A stretch of 57,811 nucleotides of DNA, counting the filler, from Platydemus manokwari (lineage: Eukaryota): NCBI GenBank assembly GCA_037951405.1. It is 5 parts of 5 records of this genome, joined end to end, with 100 filler letters (N's around TTAATTAATTAA, not from the genome) between each part and the next. Parts side by side here need not be neighbours in the genome. Positions count along the whole stretch, not along the records: positions 36,150 to 47,349 come from JBBMOY010839978.1; positions 47,450 to 57,811 come from JBBMOY011140550.1; 3 more parts are not named here. One strand, 5' to 3'. A model generated the notes under the pieces. That model saw only the letters and a list, made by a program, of their open reading frames with translations. It had not been told where the DNA came from and ran no database searches. Made by a program: the position numbers and the translations under genes. Below, piece after piece: positions 37,971 through 49,685 of this stretch (positions are counted from its first letter, which is position 1; each line of letters starts with the position of its first letter).

Positions 37971-40624
37971 AATGATGTTGTTGAAGAATCAATTTTGATC
38001 GATATCAATAAATAAAAATTTTCTTTAAAATCGTCATTTGTTTCAATATTTTATTGATGATCAAATAACTTGATGAAAGAACATATTTGATTCACTCGTC
38101 ATAAATATAACGAATTTGAATGAAAGAAGATTTTGAATCGATAATCTTGATTCTTCTCTAAATAAAAATTACAGAATTTATTGAATAGAAAATGAAAGAC
38201 ATTTAAAATCCAATGGATTCCATTTCTTCAAATAAACAATAAATACTGCAGAAATTGTTTTTTCATCTGGTTTATAAATCTTGAAAACGAAAATCTGAGA
38301 TTTAAAAATACGAAATGATGAGGTCGGAAATTTTTGTTTGAAATTTATAACAATGATGGATCTGTGTTATTAGAGAGGCTATCATAATTGATTTAAAATC
38401 TGTAACTGTATCTAATATGCTATAATGTATTCATATAGACAGAATAAGAAGCCATAAAGGTCATCATAAAATTTCTAAAGATAAAAAGGTAATCCATTCG
38501 ATTTCCGATCAAGCTTTGAACCTCAAATGCACAGAAAATTTATCTTTTAACTGTTGTTATTTCGATGTGGTTCTCCATTCCTTTTTTCATTTCAATCATC
38601 ATTATTTCGTATATTTTTTCAAAATATTTTGCAATCAATAATTTTCACCCATAATTTAAATAAGCAGTGTATTTTCCAAAATATTTTCCATCATTCAATT
38701 TGAGTAACGATCATGTTTCATTGCCAATAAACGTTACGATAAACATCTATGATTGTGATGGGTGAAGGATAATTTATGAGATAATTCTTTTCTGGCAAAG
38801 AATTCTCTCAAGCAATTTTACCGAATTAAATTTAATAAATCTCAATAAAAGTTTTTGTCGGCTTATCAAAGTCAATGAGCAGAGAGATTATATCGAAAAC
38901 ATAGTAAATTCTTAGTCATCGGAAGATCATAATTTCTAGATAATTTCTATTATTTCCTTCATTCGACTTTCGTTACGAACAAAGTTTATTTTTTACTGCA
39001 ATAATCAGCGAAAAAATCAGACAACAGAAACGAAATTAAATTGTATAAATTCTCACAAAACTAATTTAATATTCCAGTAAAATATGCCACATGAGAAATT
39101 GGATAAGAACCTCGTTTGATTTTCAAAGGAAAATTAATTAAAAATCCTTTTGAAATTGTGTTAAAAAATATATTTATTAATTTGATCTGGAATAATTATA
39201 TTATTCTGGCGCTCTTATATCGATGTTCGGTCGTCAAGAAATATTAGCTGACAAATAACAAAAATTGGGTAGATATCACATTTGATAACCCGAAATTGTT
39301 GACAAAAATGTCGTATTACTGTTTTATTTAAGATTTCTCGTCTTAATTTAATTATGTTGGAGATATTTTTTCAGTAGATTATTTAAAAATTTTAATATAC
39401 ATCGATTATTGTTTTTATTATTGTTGATGTTTATTGTGCTGTTTGTTGTGCAGTACTCTCAAATTTCAACCAGAACCAAAACATAAATTTAGGTATGACT
39501 TGAACTCATGATTATTTTTACTATAAGTTAACTCAAGAAAAATTACTATCAAATCTTACTCAATCTCTGGCCTTATAGTATAATATAAAATACATTAAAA
39601 AGGCAATCATACTTGCAAAAAATGTTTTATCCATTTTCCACTCAATTGACTGTCCAGATCTGTCAAAATTCGCTTAAGTCTCTTTGTATCTATCTTCAAT
39701 TTTTCGAAGAAGAAACGATATCTTTCAGGCCTTCGTGAATGACTAGTTGTAAAGTATGATGAGTTTTATTTGACCTATAACTAGGCCAACTAACAAATTC
39801 ACTCAAAATCATTTTGATTTCTATGTTTTCATCTACAACCAGTACATTAATAATAAAATAAGCCCGTGGGTTCTTACTATTTGGGTTCTTACCCAGGCAT
39901 TGGCAAAGCTTAAGTAATATTAATAAGATATATGTGTACCCCAATTAAACACAAAGGGTTTGACATCCAGCAAATAAGGCGATAAAATGGAGTTAGCTAC
40001 GATATAAATTTGATATACTTTACAGAATCTTCTCTTGGTTGTATTAAAATATCACCTAACATTTAAGGAATTATCTTTCTACTGTACTGTACATTAAAAC
40101 AATACTAAGATAATACCATGCAACCTCTGTTTCTCGAGTGAGCTCTGCAAGAATTGTATAATCAATAAAAATCATCGTGCTTATTTAATTTACCTCACTA
40201 TGGATATTCTTTTCTCTGTATGTATTGGTATAGTCCTTACTGTGAATGAGAGAAAGAAATCATTTACTAATTATTGAATTTCATTGGTTGATTTCTAGTG
40301 TATTGGCACATGTGGAGTTTTATTTTTGAATTTTTTATTTTTTATTTGTTAGATATAAAGTAGAAAATGTATATTTCATTTAGAACATTTGTGTTCCATT
40401 TGAATTATTGATATTTAATTAAGGTTAATAAAGGAAACATAAGTTACATGCATTCCTTATTTCACATTAATAACAAATCATTCTTAATTATTCATACTAA
40501 TGGTAAATTTCTCATGTTTCAATAAAGACTGATTAATATTGATTAATACTTAAAAACCTAAGATTTATTAAACATAAGCATCACAGTCTTCATGATTCGG
40601 TGGCACACGTCCTCAAGTCGACTT

Positions 40625-40953
40625 TTAAATTGAATCCTCAAAATCAATGTTTCTGATATTCTGATTTGATATTTCTCCTTTTGAATTTTTCTCATTTGCC
40701 TTGCAACAATTTTCAATAGCTTCTAATATTGACTTGTAGTTTTCATTGGCCACTGATAGAGAATTAGTACTCGATTTAAAACAGACATTTTTTGGTTTCA
40801 ATTGGACCGTATGAGCCTTGTAAGTCGCGTTGGCATCTCTGAACAATACCGCTATTAGGAACTTCGAGATAAAAATGATTTGCTTCTTGTCGAGTCCGAT
40901 TTTCGATAGGACTTTCTACCGTACCCAAGTACACCGATGCAGATGACATCGAG
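40625..40953 (-). mobile_element. 3' fragment of an REL-endonuclease non-LTR retrotransposon (NeSL/R2/R4-like), frameshifted
   Basis: LDVICIGVLG, then frameshift, then KVLSKIGLDKKQIIFISKFLIAVLFRDANATYKAH; resembles the C-terminal 'IVIGxLG..VL..LG....Y..H' end of the REL domain. Confidence 0.55.
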
Positions 40954-41553
40954 GTAATTTTAATCAGATAAACATTATAAATTACTGATTATACGGTAGG
41001 CAACTGCAATGAGAAAATCAAAATTTAAAAAGGAATGAAATTGAGAAAGGATAAAAATTAAAGATTTATCCTAAATTTATGCAATTGGTAAAAACAAGGG
41101 TGCGGCTGTTGTTATTTTTACAACGTCTCAATTAGAATGAATTAATATTTTGTTGATTGAAAAATTGCAAGAATTTTTCAATAGCAGTTTTCTGCAATTT
41201 ATACAAATTAAATTTTCCTTCAAAGAAAATGTATCTTGGATTGAAACAATTTATAAATTTTTGAGCTATTAATATCTCCATTTAGAAGCAATTTGTTGTT
41301 TACAAATAAATGAAATAATAATATAATATCAATTTTAAACTCAGTTGTATAAAAATAATTAAATTCTACGCGAAAATTAAAAGTTAATTGAAACATACAA
41401 AGCTTTTACAATTAAGAAAGTAAAGCTTACAAATTAGTTTAAAATTATTCATTTGTTTTAAAATTGCTTATAATCAATTTCTTTTAAAACTTCGAATTTG
41501 AAAATTTCAAGTTTATTTTCTGCCACTATATATTTAGAATATATTGTTATCAA

Positions 41554-44500
41554 ATGAATACATTCAATGGAGATGATCCGTCAGAACATTTTTTCTTCGA
41601 AAAATTTTTACAATTGCAAAAAGGAATTGACCTAGGTCAGTTATCTGTTGCGAATGCATTGAGAGAGATTAACAAGATTAAGTCAATACAAATAAACCAA
41701 TTCACTCTAGACCAGGAATTAATTGAATCTTTAATAAGTAATGCATATAATGAAGTGAAAATTTTAAGATTGAAAATAGAAGAAAGTGCTGAAAATTTGA
41801 TCTGTGAGAACGAAATGTTGGTAGACTCAAAATCAAATAATAATTTAATAATCAATGATATTCGCAGTGAAAATACCAAATTAAAAGATTTACTTAATGA
41901 GGAAGTCGAGAAATCAAAGATGTATGAAAATTATAATGTAACTTTGAAACAGTTGATTAACAGTTGGATTACGGCAATAGATAGAGATAATTTAACCATT
42001 GAAGACGAAATTGAGTCTGATAGTATGGATTTAGTGGATTACATTCAATATTTCAAAGCGAAAATGGATTCACAAATTAAAATTAGGGATGAAAAAATTT
42101 CAGAATCAAATTTTAAAGTAGTTCAAACTTGTGAGAATTATGAGAGTTCTATATTCAATGTTAGATCAGAAAATGAGCAATTAAAAAATGAAATTACTAT
42201 TCTGCAGAACAAGTTGTCTTTATCGGAATTGCGTAACAGTGATATTAATATAGCAATTCAATCAATGGATGATCAGGTTATGAAATATCGATTATTACAA
42301 GATGAATTACAAGCAGCTAAAAACTTAAATGATGATTTGGAAGATTCATTAATCAAGTCCAATCAATGCGTGGAATCTCTCAAATTAGAGATTGAAAATA
42401 TTCAACAGATGTTTGAAGAAGCCGTTAATAAAAACAAGAAATTAACCCAAGAATTGAACGAAAACGTGAAAGTTTCCGACGAACTCATTGAAGAATCAGG
42501 ATTGATTTCAGCCGAATTGAAAGAAACCAAAACCCAATTAGAATTAATTGCAACACAATCGACAACACAAGAAGCTCAATACAAACAAACCATTGTTTCA
42601 TTGGAGGAGAAAATAGATGAATTGAGTGGTGAATTGAATGCCATTCAAGAAAAGTCTCACCGTTTGCAATTAGAATTGGATGAAGTTCAACACGACAAAT
42701 TAGTGGTTGCGGAAACTCGAGAACAGGAAATCGAAAATTTGAAAATCGATTTGAAAACGGCGAATGAAAAATGGGATTTGTTGAATAATGAAAACAAGGA
42801 AATGAAAAACGAATTGGAGACGAATATAATTGTTGTTAACGATTGCAAACAGCAATTGGAGTGCTCCCAACAGAAGGTCTTTTCATTAAAACAAGAAATC
42901 ACCGAGCTTCAAACGTCTTTCAATATTCAATCCGTCGAATTGGAATCGGCATTTGAAGATTATTTGAAAATATCCGAAGATCTGGAAAGGATCAAATCAC
43001 AATCGGATGAAAACAATGAACAATTCGAGAAATTAATTGCAGAAAAAAATGATTGCATTGAAAAGAAAGAAGAAGAAATGAAAAATTTGAAGAGAGAATA
43101 TCAACTCATCATTGATGAATTGAAATCGATTGAAATGAATTTGGAAAATAAATGTGGTGAATTGGAAAAAGATATGAATCATCGAAATGATTTGATTGGT
43201 CAATTGACAAATGAAAATCGAATTTTATTGGATAAGATTGAAGATATCGATAAATTGAAATGTGATATTGAGATTGGTTTGAAAGAGAAATGTGAACAAA
43301 TTGAATGTTATAATCAACAATTAAATGATTATCAATTGAAAATTATTGAAATGGAAGAGATGTATAAGAATGAATATAAGGAATTGAAGAATCAATTAGA
43401 GAAACAACAATCGATGAATAATGATTTATTAAATGAAATTAATGTGAAAGAGGAGCACCAGCTTATGATGATTGAGAATAATAAAATGGAAATGAATAAT
43501 TTATTGGATAGAAATAATAAATTGGAACAAGAAATCACTTTGAATGAAGATTTGTTGAAAGAGAAAACCGAATATGAAGAGATTATTCGAAATGAACTTC
43601 AATCGACGAAAGAAAATTGGAATAATGCTTTGGAAGAAGCAAATAATTATAAATTGAAATATGAGATGGCAGGAAATAATTTGACAGAAGCAAAATTAGA
43701 ATTAGAAAATGTTAGAAATATGTTAAAGGATAGTGTTTTAGCAAAACAATCGATGGAAGAAGAATTGGAAGAGAAATTGAAAATTATTAAAGATAAAGAT
43801 GATTTAAGTGATGAAAGCATGAAGGAATTGGAAATATCAAAGAGAACGATTGAAGATTTGAAAATGGATTTATTATCCATCACCGATGAATTGAATCAAA
43901 TGAAATTCAGAATTGAACCACCGAAAGAGAATGAAAATCGAATCGAAGCATTGGAAACTGAATTGAAGGATAAAGAGACGAAATTAGCTCGAAGTGAGGT
44001 ACAAATTAAATCATTGACCAATGATTTGTACACACTGACTGAAGAAGAAAACATGTGGAAACAAAAAACCAAAGAAGCCAATTTATGTTTAGTGAAGGAA
44101 AGAAATAAATTTAACAATCAAATCTCGTCACTTGAAAAAGAAGTCGCTATTTTGAAATCCAAATTAACCGTTGTCCATACAGAATTGGATTGTCAACAAA
44201 ATGATTTGAAAAGAAAACGTTCATTGAATGAAAACTCGGATGGATTAAAGAAATCAAAAATCGATATTGATATTGAGAATGAAGAAATAAAATATTTTAA
44301 TGAAGAATCATCGAATTTGAAAAGTATTTCGGAATGTTTGATTGCAAATTCAATGAAAACACCGGCAATGAGTATCGCGAAAGAAACATGTACGATTTGT
44401 GAAACGATGAAAGAAAATTTGGACAAATTGCTAATGAATTGCGATGAGAAATCTGTGGACATTGATAATTTGAAAATGGAATTGAATCATTTGAAAACTG

Positions 44501-45030
44501 AATGTGAGGAAAAACAAGCAGAAATTGAAAATTTGAAGGCCACCGTGGTTGAATTTGAATCTTTAAATGACCATTATAAAGAATTAAAGCTTCGATATGT
44601 GGAAAAGAGAAATGTGATTAAAAATTATGAAGATAAAACGAAAAACTTGGTCAAAGAAATCACTGATTTGAAACAAACCAACAAGCCAGCAGGCTCAAAC
44701 TCGAAAGCCAAGTGTGTTGATTGTGAAGTATTGAAAAATGAGTTGGTAAAACTTCGAACGAAAATTGATGAAAAATCTTTGGAAATAAAAAGTTTGACAA
44801 ACGATTTGAATAATATCAAAGTTGAACGCGATGATAAACATTCAGAAACTGATACGACAGGCAAATTTGGTGAATATGATAGTTTGCTTAAACATTATAA
44901 AGAATTAAAAATTCGATATCTGGAAAAGAGAAATCAGATTAAAACTTATGAAAACAAAATTAATAATTTGGAGAAGGAAATAGATGATTTGAAAAATTCA
45001 ATAAGCAATTTGGAACGAAATAATTGTTAA
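41554..45030 (+). CDS. Intronless long coiled-coil protein, 1158 aa, with bipartite NLS and two C-terminal CxxC-headed 108-aa repeats
   Basis: 3477-bp uninterrupted ORF in AT-rich DNA; E/K/L/N/Q-rich heptad composition; KRKRS-x8-KKSK; CTIC at 44389 and CVDC at 44713, 324 nt apart, each followed by HYKELK(L/I)RY(V/L)EKRN. Confidence 0.92.
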   Translation: MNTFNGDDPSEHFFFEKFLQLQKGIDLGQLSVANALREINKIKSIQINQFTLDQELIESLISNAYNEVKILRLKIEESAENLICENEMLVDSKSNNNLIINDIRSENTKLKDLLNEEVEKSKMYENYNVTLKQLINSWITAIDRDNLTIEDEIESDSMDLVDYIQYFKAKMDSQIKIRDEKISESNFKVVQTCENYESSIFNVRSENEQLKNEITILQNKLSLSELRNSDINIAIQSMDDQVMKYRLLQDELQAAKNLNDDLEDSLIKSNQCVESLKLEIENIQQMFEEAVNKNKKLTQELNENVKVSDELIEESGLISAELKETKTQLELIATQSTTQEAQYKQTIVSLEEKIDELSGELNAIQEKSHRLQLELDEVQHDKLVVAETREQEIENLKIDLKTANEKWDLLNNENKEMKNELETNIIVVNDCKQQLECSQQKVFSLKQEITELQTSFNIQSVELESAFEDYLKISEDLERIKSQSDENNEQFEKLIAEKNDCIEKKEEEMKNLKREYQLIIDELKSIEMNLENKCGELEKDMNHRNDLIGQLTNENRILLDKIEDIDKLKCDIEIGLKEKCEQIECYNQQLNDYQLKIIEMEEMYKNEYKELKNQLEKQQSMNNDLLNEINVKEEHQLMMIENNKMEMNNLLDRNNKLEQEITLNEDLLKEKTEYEEIIRNELQSTKENWNNALEEANNYKLKYEMAGNNLTEAKLELENVRNMLKDSVLAKQSMEEELEEKLKIIKDKDDLSDESMKELEISKRTIEDLKMDLLSITDELNQMKFRIEPPKENENRIEALETELKDKETKLARSEVQIKSLTNDLYTLTEEENMWKQKTKEANLCLVKERNKFNNQISSLEKEVAILKSKLTVVHTELDCQQNDLKRKRSLNENSDGLKKSKIDIDIENEEIKYFNEESSNLKSISECLIANSMKTPAMSIAKETCTICETMKENLDKLLMNCDEKSVDIDNLKMELNHLKTECEEKQAEIENLKATVVEFESLNDHYKELKLRYVEKRNVIKNYEDKTKNLVKEITDLKQTNKPAGSNSKAKCVDCEVLKNELVKLRTKIDEKSLEIKSLTNDLNNIKVERDDKHSETDTTGKFGEYDSLLKHYKELKIRYLEKRNQIKTYENKINNLEKEIDDLKNSISNLERNNC

Positions 45031-45276
45031 TTTGAATTCTATCTTAGAGACGATATTGATAAAAACAAATGTATAAATTTTATTATTAAAATATGTATCT
45101 TGTTGTTATATTCTCTTTATATATTAATTCGTTACCGTTAATATATAAATCATTTTTTATTTGAATTGTGTATATTTATCATTATTTAGTCATACTATTG
45201 TTTATTTATATAATAAAAATGAACTTTTTGTCATTATATGGTTATCTGTTTATGTTATTAATATATTTCCATTTTC

Positions 45277-45872
45277 GGCTAAAGTTAAAAAAAGGGTCCT
45301 AAAATGAAATTTTAAATTTGTTGAGTGTATTGCAAAATTCTATATAGTTTATTTAATTATATTCTTTAAAAACACTTTGAATTTTATATTTAAGTACTTA
45401 AGAAGAATTTTATATGTTTGAAATCAAATATTAAATACACTACAGCTTAAAAATCTCCTAGAAATTGGATATTTGAAAAAATGAAAATGGTAACTCGAAT
45501 TGCAATTTATTGAAAATTAGAGAGGCCCCTTTTTGCACTAGAAGCAAATTGAGAGATATTCTCTATTTTTACAATTATCTTATAAAAATAAGCAATGATA
45601 TTATTAAACTTGTCTCTAATTAACTAACTCGATTTATAATTATAAACATTAAAAAACTCAAATCATCATAAAGAAGTATTGTGATTAGAAACCGAACTTG
45701 GTTTTAAAGCTTTTTTGTCACTATTATACATCTTAAAAAATGAGATATTTACTACATTATACAAATTAATCAAACATAGCAGTTATATATAAAATTAAGT
45801 TATAAAATATCTCATGCGCGAAAATTCATTATAACGAAAATGGGTCAAAAGACCCTTTTCTTAACTTAAGCC
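45277..45872 (+). mobile_element. Merlin-like MITE, copy 2, 596 bp, with 8-bp TSD
   Basis: TIRs GGCTAAAGTTAAAAAAAGGGTC / GACCCTTTTCTTAACTTAAGCC; exact TSD CCATTTTC at 45269-45276 and 45873-45880; GG...CC termini with an 8-bp TSD fit the Merlin/IS1016 superfamily (superfamily call is inference). Confidence 0.85.
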
Positions 45873-46745
45873 CCATTTTCTTATTTGTAGATTTCCAACG
45901 AACGTTAGAATCTTGGTATAATATTTTAAATTTCTTTGTCCGATGTGAGATTTTATTATATTTACTGTAATTGATTTAGTCGGTATATATATTAGCAGAA
46001 TCGGAAAGTAATAAAGTTACAATATTAAAATTTTAATTAAAAACTACCACTATATTTTAACAGTAATTTATTAATTAATAATATTCATTAAAAGTTTTAA
46101 TGATTTATCGGGTAATATTTATTTTTTAAATTTAAAATTATTATTTAAATTATCGTAATGATATACAATGTAAAGAATTAATTTCAATAAAATTTTCAAA
46201 TGATCTACAATTTTAAAACCTGTTGTTGAAATCAGCATATTTTTATTATTTTATTTTTATTAATATGTTAGATGAAACCTTGGTTCAAAATTTATTATTA
46301 TTTAATGTTGATTTCGTTTTCAAATATGTACAACTTCGTCAGTTTCTGCGCGTTTCTTATGTTTGTAATGTTGTGGAAATTGGTCTATAAGTGTATGTGA
46401 TTATTTCTAACAATTTGGCTCAAATAATATAGATAACCAATCTCAATCCTAACTCTTGGTGAGGACTTGAATTACAATTGATTTGCTTTTGCTTATTATG
46501 ACTGTAAGCCATTACCATTTTATAAAGTATGTATTGAAGACGAACTGCCGTTCTTTTCAAAGCGAGTGCCCAAAACACTCACTTCAGATCCACTTTAATC
46601 GGTTTTGCAATACTTTACGGTAATGACTTCAAAAATGGACTAATCTAAATAAATAAAAAATCACTTACAAAGAGATTATTATTTTCTTCTACTCACAAAA
46701 GTTTTGTCGAAAATTTAAAAAATTAATCCTGTAGCCATATCTGTT

Positions 46746-47349
46746 CTAAAAGACAATCATACCAGTACTTGTCTGAATATTTTGATAAATATAAAGTTGG
46801 CAATTTCCTCTAATTTGTATGTCTGAACCATCATTCACGTTAAGAAGCACCTCAGTTTGATGGTGATTCCAGATCCAAGCAGAGTGCCAAATATTCGAGG
46901 TAGAGAGCAGTTTTGCCAGTCTTTTTTTACATTCGAGTGCGAGATTCCAAGAATTTTTAGGATGTTTAAGGTTTTCTGAGGAACAGAGTTTAATAATCAC
47001 ATCAAAATGGTGTAAAGAGTTACAGTACAATAGGGTTTATATTGCTTAACCATCTCACTTAGTGAGGCATAATGAGCAAAGTTCTTCTCGTCGGCTTGCA
47101 CCATGTGTCGCTCTTCATCTAATGGGCACTTGACATTCATCAGGAAAATACGCCTTATCCAAGCCGCTCTCTATGTAAAGATCAGCTCGAAGTGTCGAGA
47201 CAGTGTCACATTTACATTTACCAGTAAGGTTATCTAGACTAAATTGTCGTTTCTGGTCATATGTCAACCTATTATATATTAGGTTGTCCCATATGAAATG
47301 TCCGATTTTCATGCACATATTTGAAGAAGCATAACTCATAAGAAAATAT
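46746..47349 (-). mobile_element. Decayed REL-endonuclease domain of a NeSL/R2/R4-type non-LTR retrotransposon, cut by the contig end
   Basis: Across frameshifts: TLRADLYIE / RIFLMNVKCPLDEERHMVQADEKNFAHYASLSEMVKQYKPYCTVTLYTI / NILKILGISHSNVK / RLAKLLSTSNIWHSAWIWNHH, matching the RPD..DVxCP..A..K..Y..LG..S..IW..H signature. Confidence 0.75.
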
Positions 47350-47449
47350 NNNNNNNNNNNNNNNNNNNNNNNNNNNNNNNNNNNNNNNNNNNNTTAATTA
47401 ATTAANNNNNNNNNNNNNNNNNNNNNNNNNNNNNNNNNNNNNNNNNNNN
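47350..47449. other. Artificial contig linker
   Basis: N44-TTAATTAATTAA-N44. Confidence 0.98.
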
Positions 47450-48281
47450 ATTATTCTTTATTTGCCCCAATTAGATTTATCAAGTTAATAAATAATAATA
47501 ATTATTCACATTATTATTATTACCATTATCGTTATCTTTATTATTATAAAGTTAGAAATTTTTGATACTTAGCGTGATATTTTTTCTATAGCTCACTTCT
47601 TACACTATAAAGGTTTGCACTGAATTGATCTACAACTAATTCTAATTATAGATTTATAATCAATGTGACATCTTTTACAAAGAATTTATCGCACAGAGTA
47701 TAAACCTGTTTTAAGTAACTGACTTATTTTAAAAAAACAAGCACAGTCCCGTGTATCTTCTGAATATACCAGCACAGAAACTACTGGCTGCTATTGCAAA
47801 CTACCTATGTATCAGGTCTCAGTGCAATACCAGTTAGTGATTTACTAGCTGACCAAAAATACAGCATAAATGAATAATTCTTATCTGAGTGATTTCGTCG
47901 GATTGAATTGCTATTAAAAGAGTTATCTCTGCTCTAAATTTTCAGTGCTCATTCAATGGATGTGCCTGTTGATCATGTTTTCAAATGAATGTGATCTTTG
48001 TAATTTATATGGCCGATCCTACTGTTTCTCGATCGTTTTACTTAATATATTATTGTCTTGATATCTTAAATCTTTAATTACTTTTAATTATAATTGTATT
48101 AATATTATTTTATTTCTAATAATAATAATTATTAATTATTTTTGTATCTTATTTTATACATTTTGATTTTATGTCATTTATATTTTTTCTGTTTGTCTTT
48201 ATAACTCTCCTGTTTTACTTTTACCTTTTATTTTTAATATTATTCTCTAGTATACCATTATAACCATTATCATTATCTTTA

Positions 48282-48312
<31 letters not shown>

Positions 48313-48788
48313 AATTGGTATTAATAGTCGTTATCATAATCAAAATTGTATTATTATTATCATTATTATAACTATTATTATTATTATCATTATTATAAAT
48401 TGAATTTATTTTATCAATAAATATTATAAGCATCAATTTAAACATTTCTATATTTATATGGAATAGTTATAAATAAATATTTATCAATATTTAGATCGAA
48501 TCTCTGTCAATAATAACATTGAAGTGAAATATATGATAAGATATGAGAGTTATAATAATATTTTATTTAATATCGATAATCATAAAATCATGAATTCAAT
48601 GGGGCTTTAGATGGGGATAAATATGGCCATATTAACAGTATTATATTCATATGATTTAAATAATATTGCCATAGAAAGGTGTTTGAAATATAACTCATCA
48701 TTATCTATTATTTTAATTATATGATTATTATTTATATTAAAATCCAACAACTATAATCTGAGATTATATTTGACAATCATATATCCAG

Positions 48789-49173
48789 TTCATTCTGGCC
48801 GTCATTCGTGACAGTGTCAAAGGTTTGCTGAGAACGTCTCATCTAGCTGATAATATGGTTGCTATTCGCACATACGAACAAGAGATTCTCGGCATAATAG
48901 AACAGAAATTGTTGATTCCCATTTGCAAAGCCATCGAAAATGATCTTCGTGTCCAAATGTATAGTCACATATTGAAAACACGGTCTGAACTGAATCCCTT
49001 TACTGGCAGTGGAGATATCGTATCTTCATCAGCTACTGGTGTGCCTGGCTCCACAAACACTGCTGGTAATGCACAGAATTCATCTAATTCAACACATTTG
49101 ACATCGGTTAATATGATCCATTTTGTCAAAACAAAACCAATTCGATTTTTTGATCGCCATATACGAATTAAAG
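48789..49173 (+). CDS. WASHC4: WASH complex subunit 4 (SWIP/KIAA1033), internal exon A
   Basis: Acceptor ATATCCAG|TTC; FILAVIRDSVKGLLRTSHL...LLIPICKAIENDLRVQMYSH...NPF...PIRFFDRHIRIK matches WASHC4; donor G|GTGCTA; 59-nt intron follows. Confidence 0.9.
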
Positions 49174-49232
49174 GTGCTAATCGATCACAAAATCCATTGA
49201 TATTGTCAATTAAAGGAAATTATTGTTTGTAG

Positions 49233-49663
49233 ATTATGTCGAACATCATCTGGAAACAGTATTCTATAATTTGACAGCAATTTATCTTAGTGATTGGAGG
49301 AATTATGCTGAAATGCGCAGATTAGCTCAAAACCAATACAATATCTGCATTTCTACACCCGATATGCACTTGCCTAGCCAAAGCCTTGAACAAGGTCGTG
49401 ATGTGCTCAACATCATGCGTGGAATGGCCGAATTTTCTTCGCATTATACATACAATCTCAATACTCAGGTGTTCTTGGAGAAACAATCCGATAACAAGTT
49501 TCTCAACACAGTCAACATTGTCCATGTTGCAAACTCGATCAGAACTCATGGTTGGGGAATCATCAATACCACAATCAATAATGCATATGTTTTTCTCAAG
49601 GATAAGTTCTTCCAGTTTTCTGAATTTCTCTATGATGAAAGGATAAAGGGAAAACTTATAAAG
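49233..49663 (+). CDS. WASHC4: WASH complex subunit 4, internal exon B
   Basis: Acceptor TTTGTAG|AT; contains hallmark segments HLPSQSLEQGRDVL, YNLNTQVFLEK, HVANSIRTHGWGIINTT and YDERIKGKLIK; donor AAG|GTTTAT. Confidence 0.93.
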
Positions 49664-49685
49664 GTTTATTTAATTAAATATGATA

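Noticed and set aside
38175-38600. Minus-strand frame that stays open if TGA is read as Trp (numt-like), or a cystatin-like last exon
   Set aside because: No recognisable mitochondrial protein and no consistent exon chain; partial similarity to 55530-55560 suggests a decayed repeat
41637-44864. Six minus-strand ORFs inside the coiled-coil gene
   Set aside because: Antisense shadows produced by the codon bias of the plus-strand CDS
48221-48445. Asn-rich ORF
   Set aside because: Degenerate (AAT)n microsatellite
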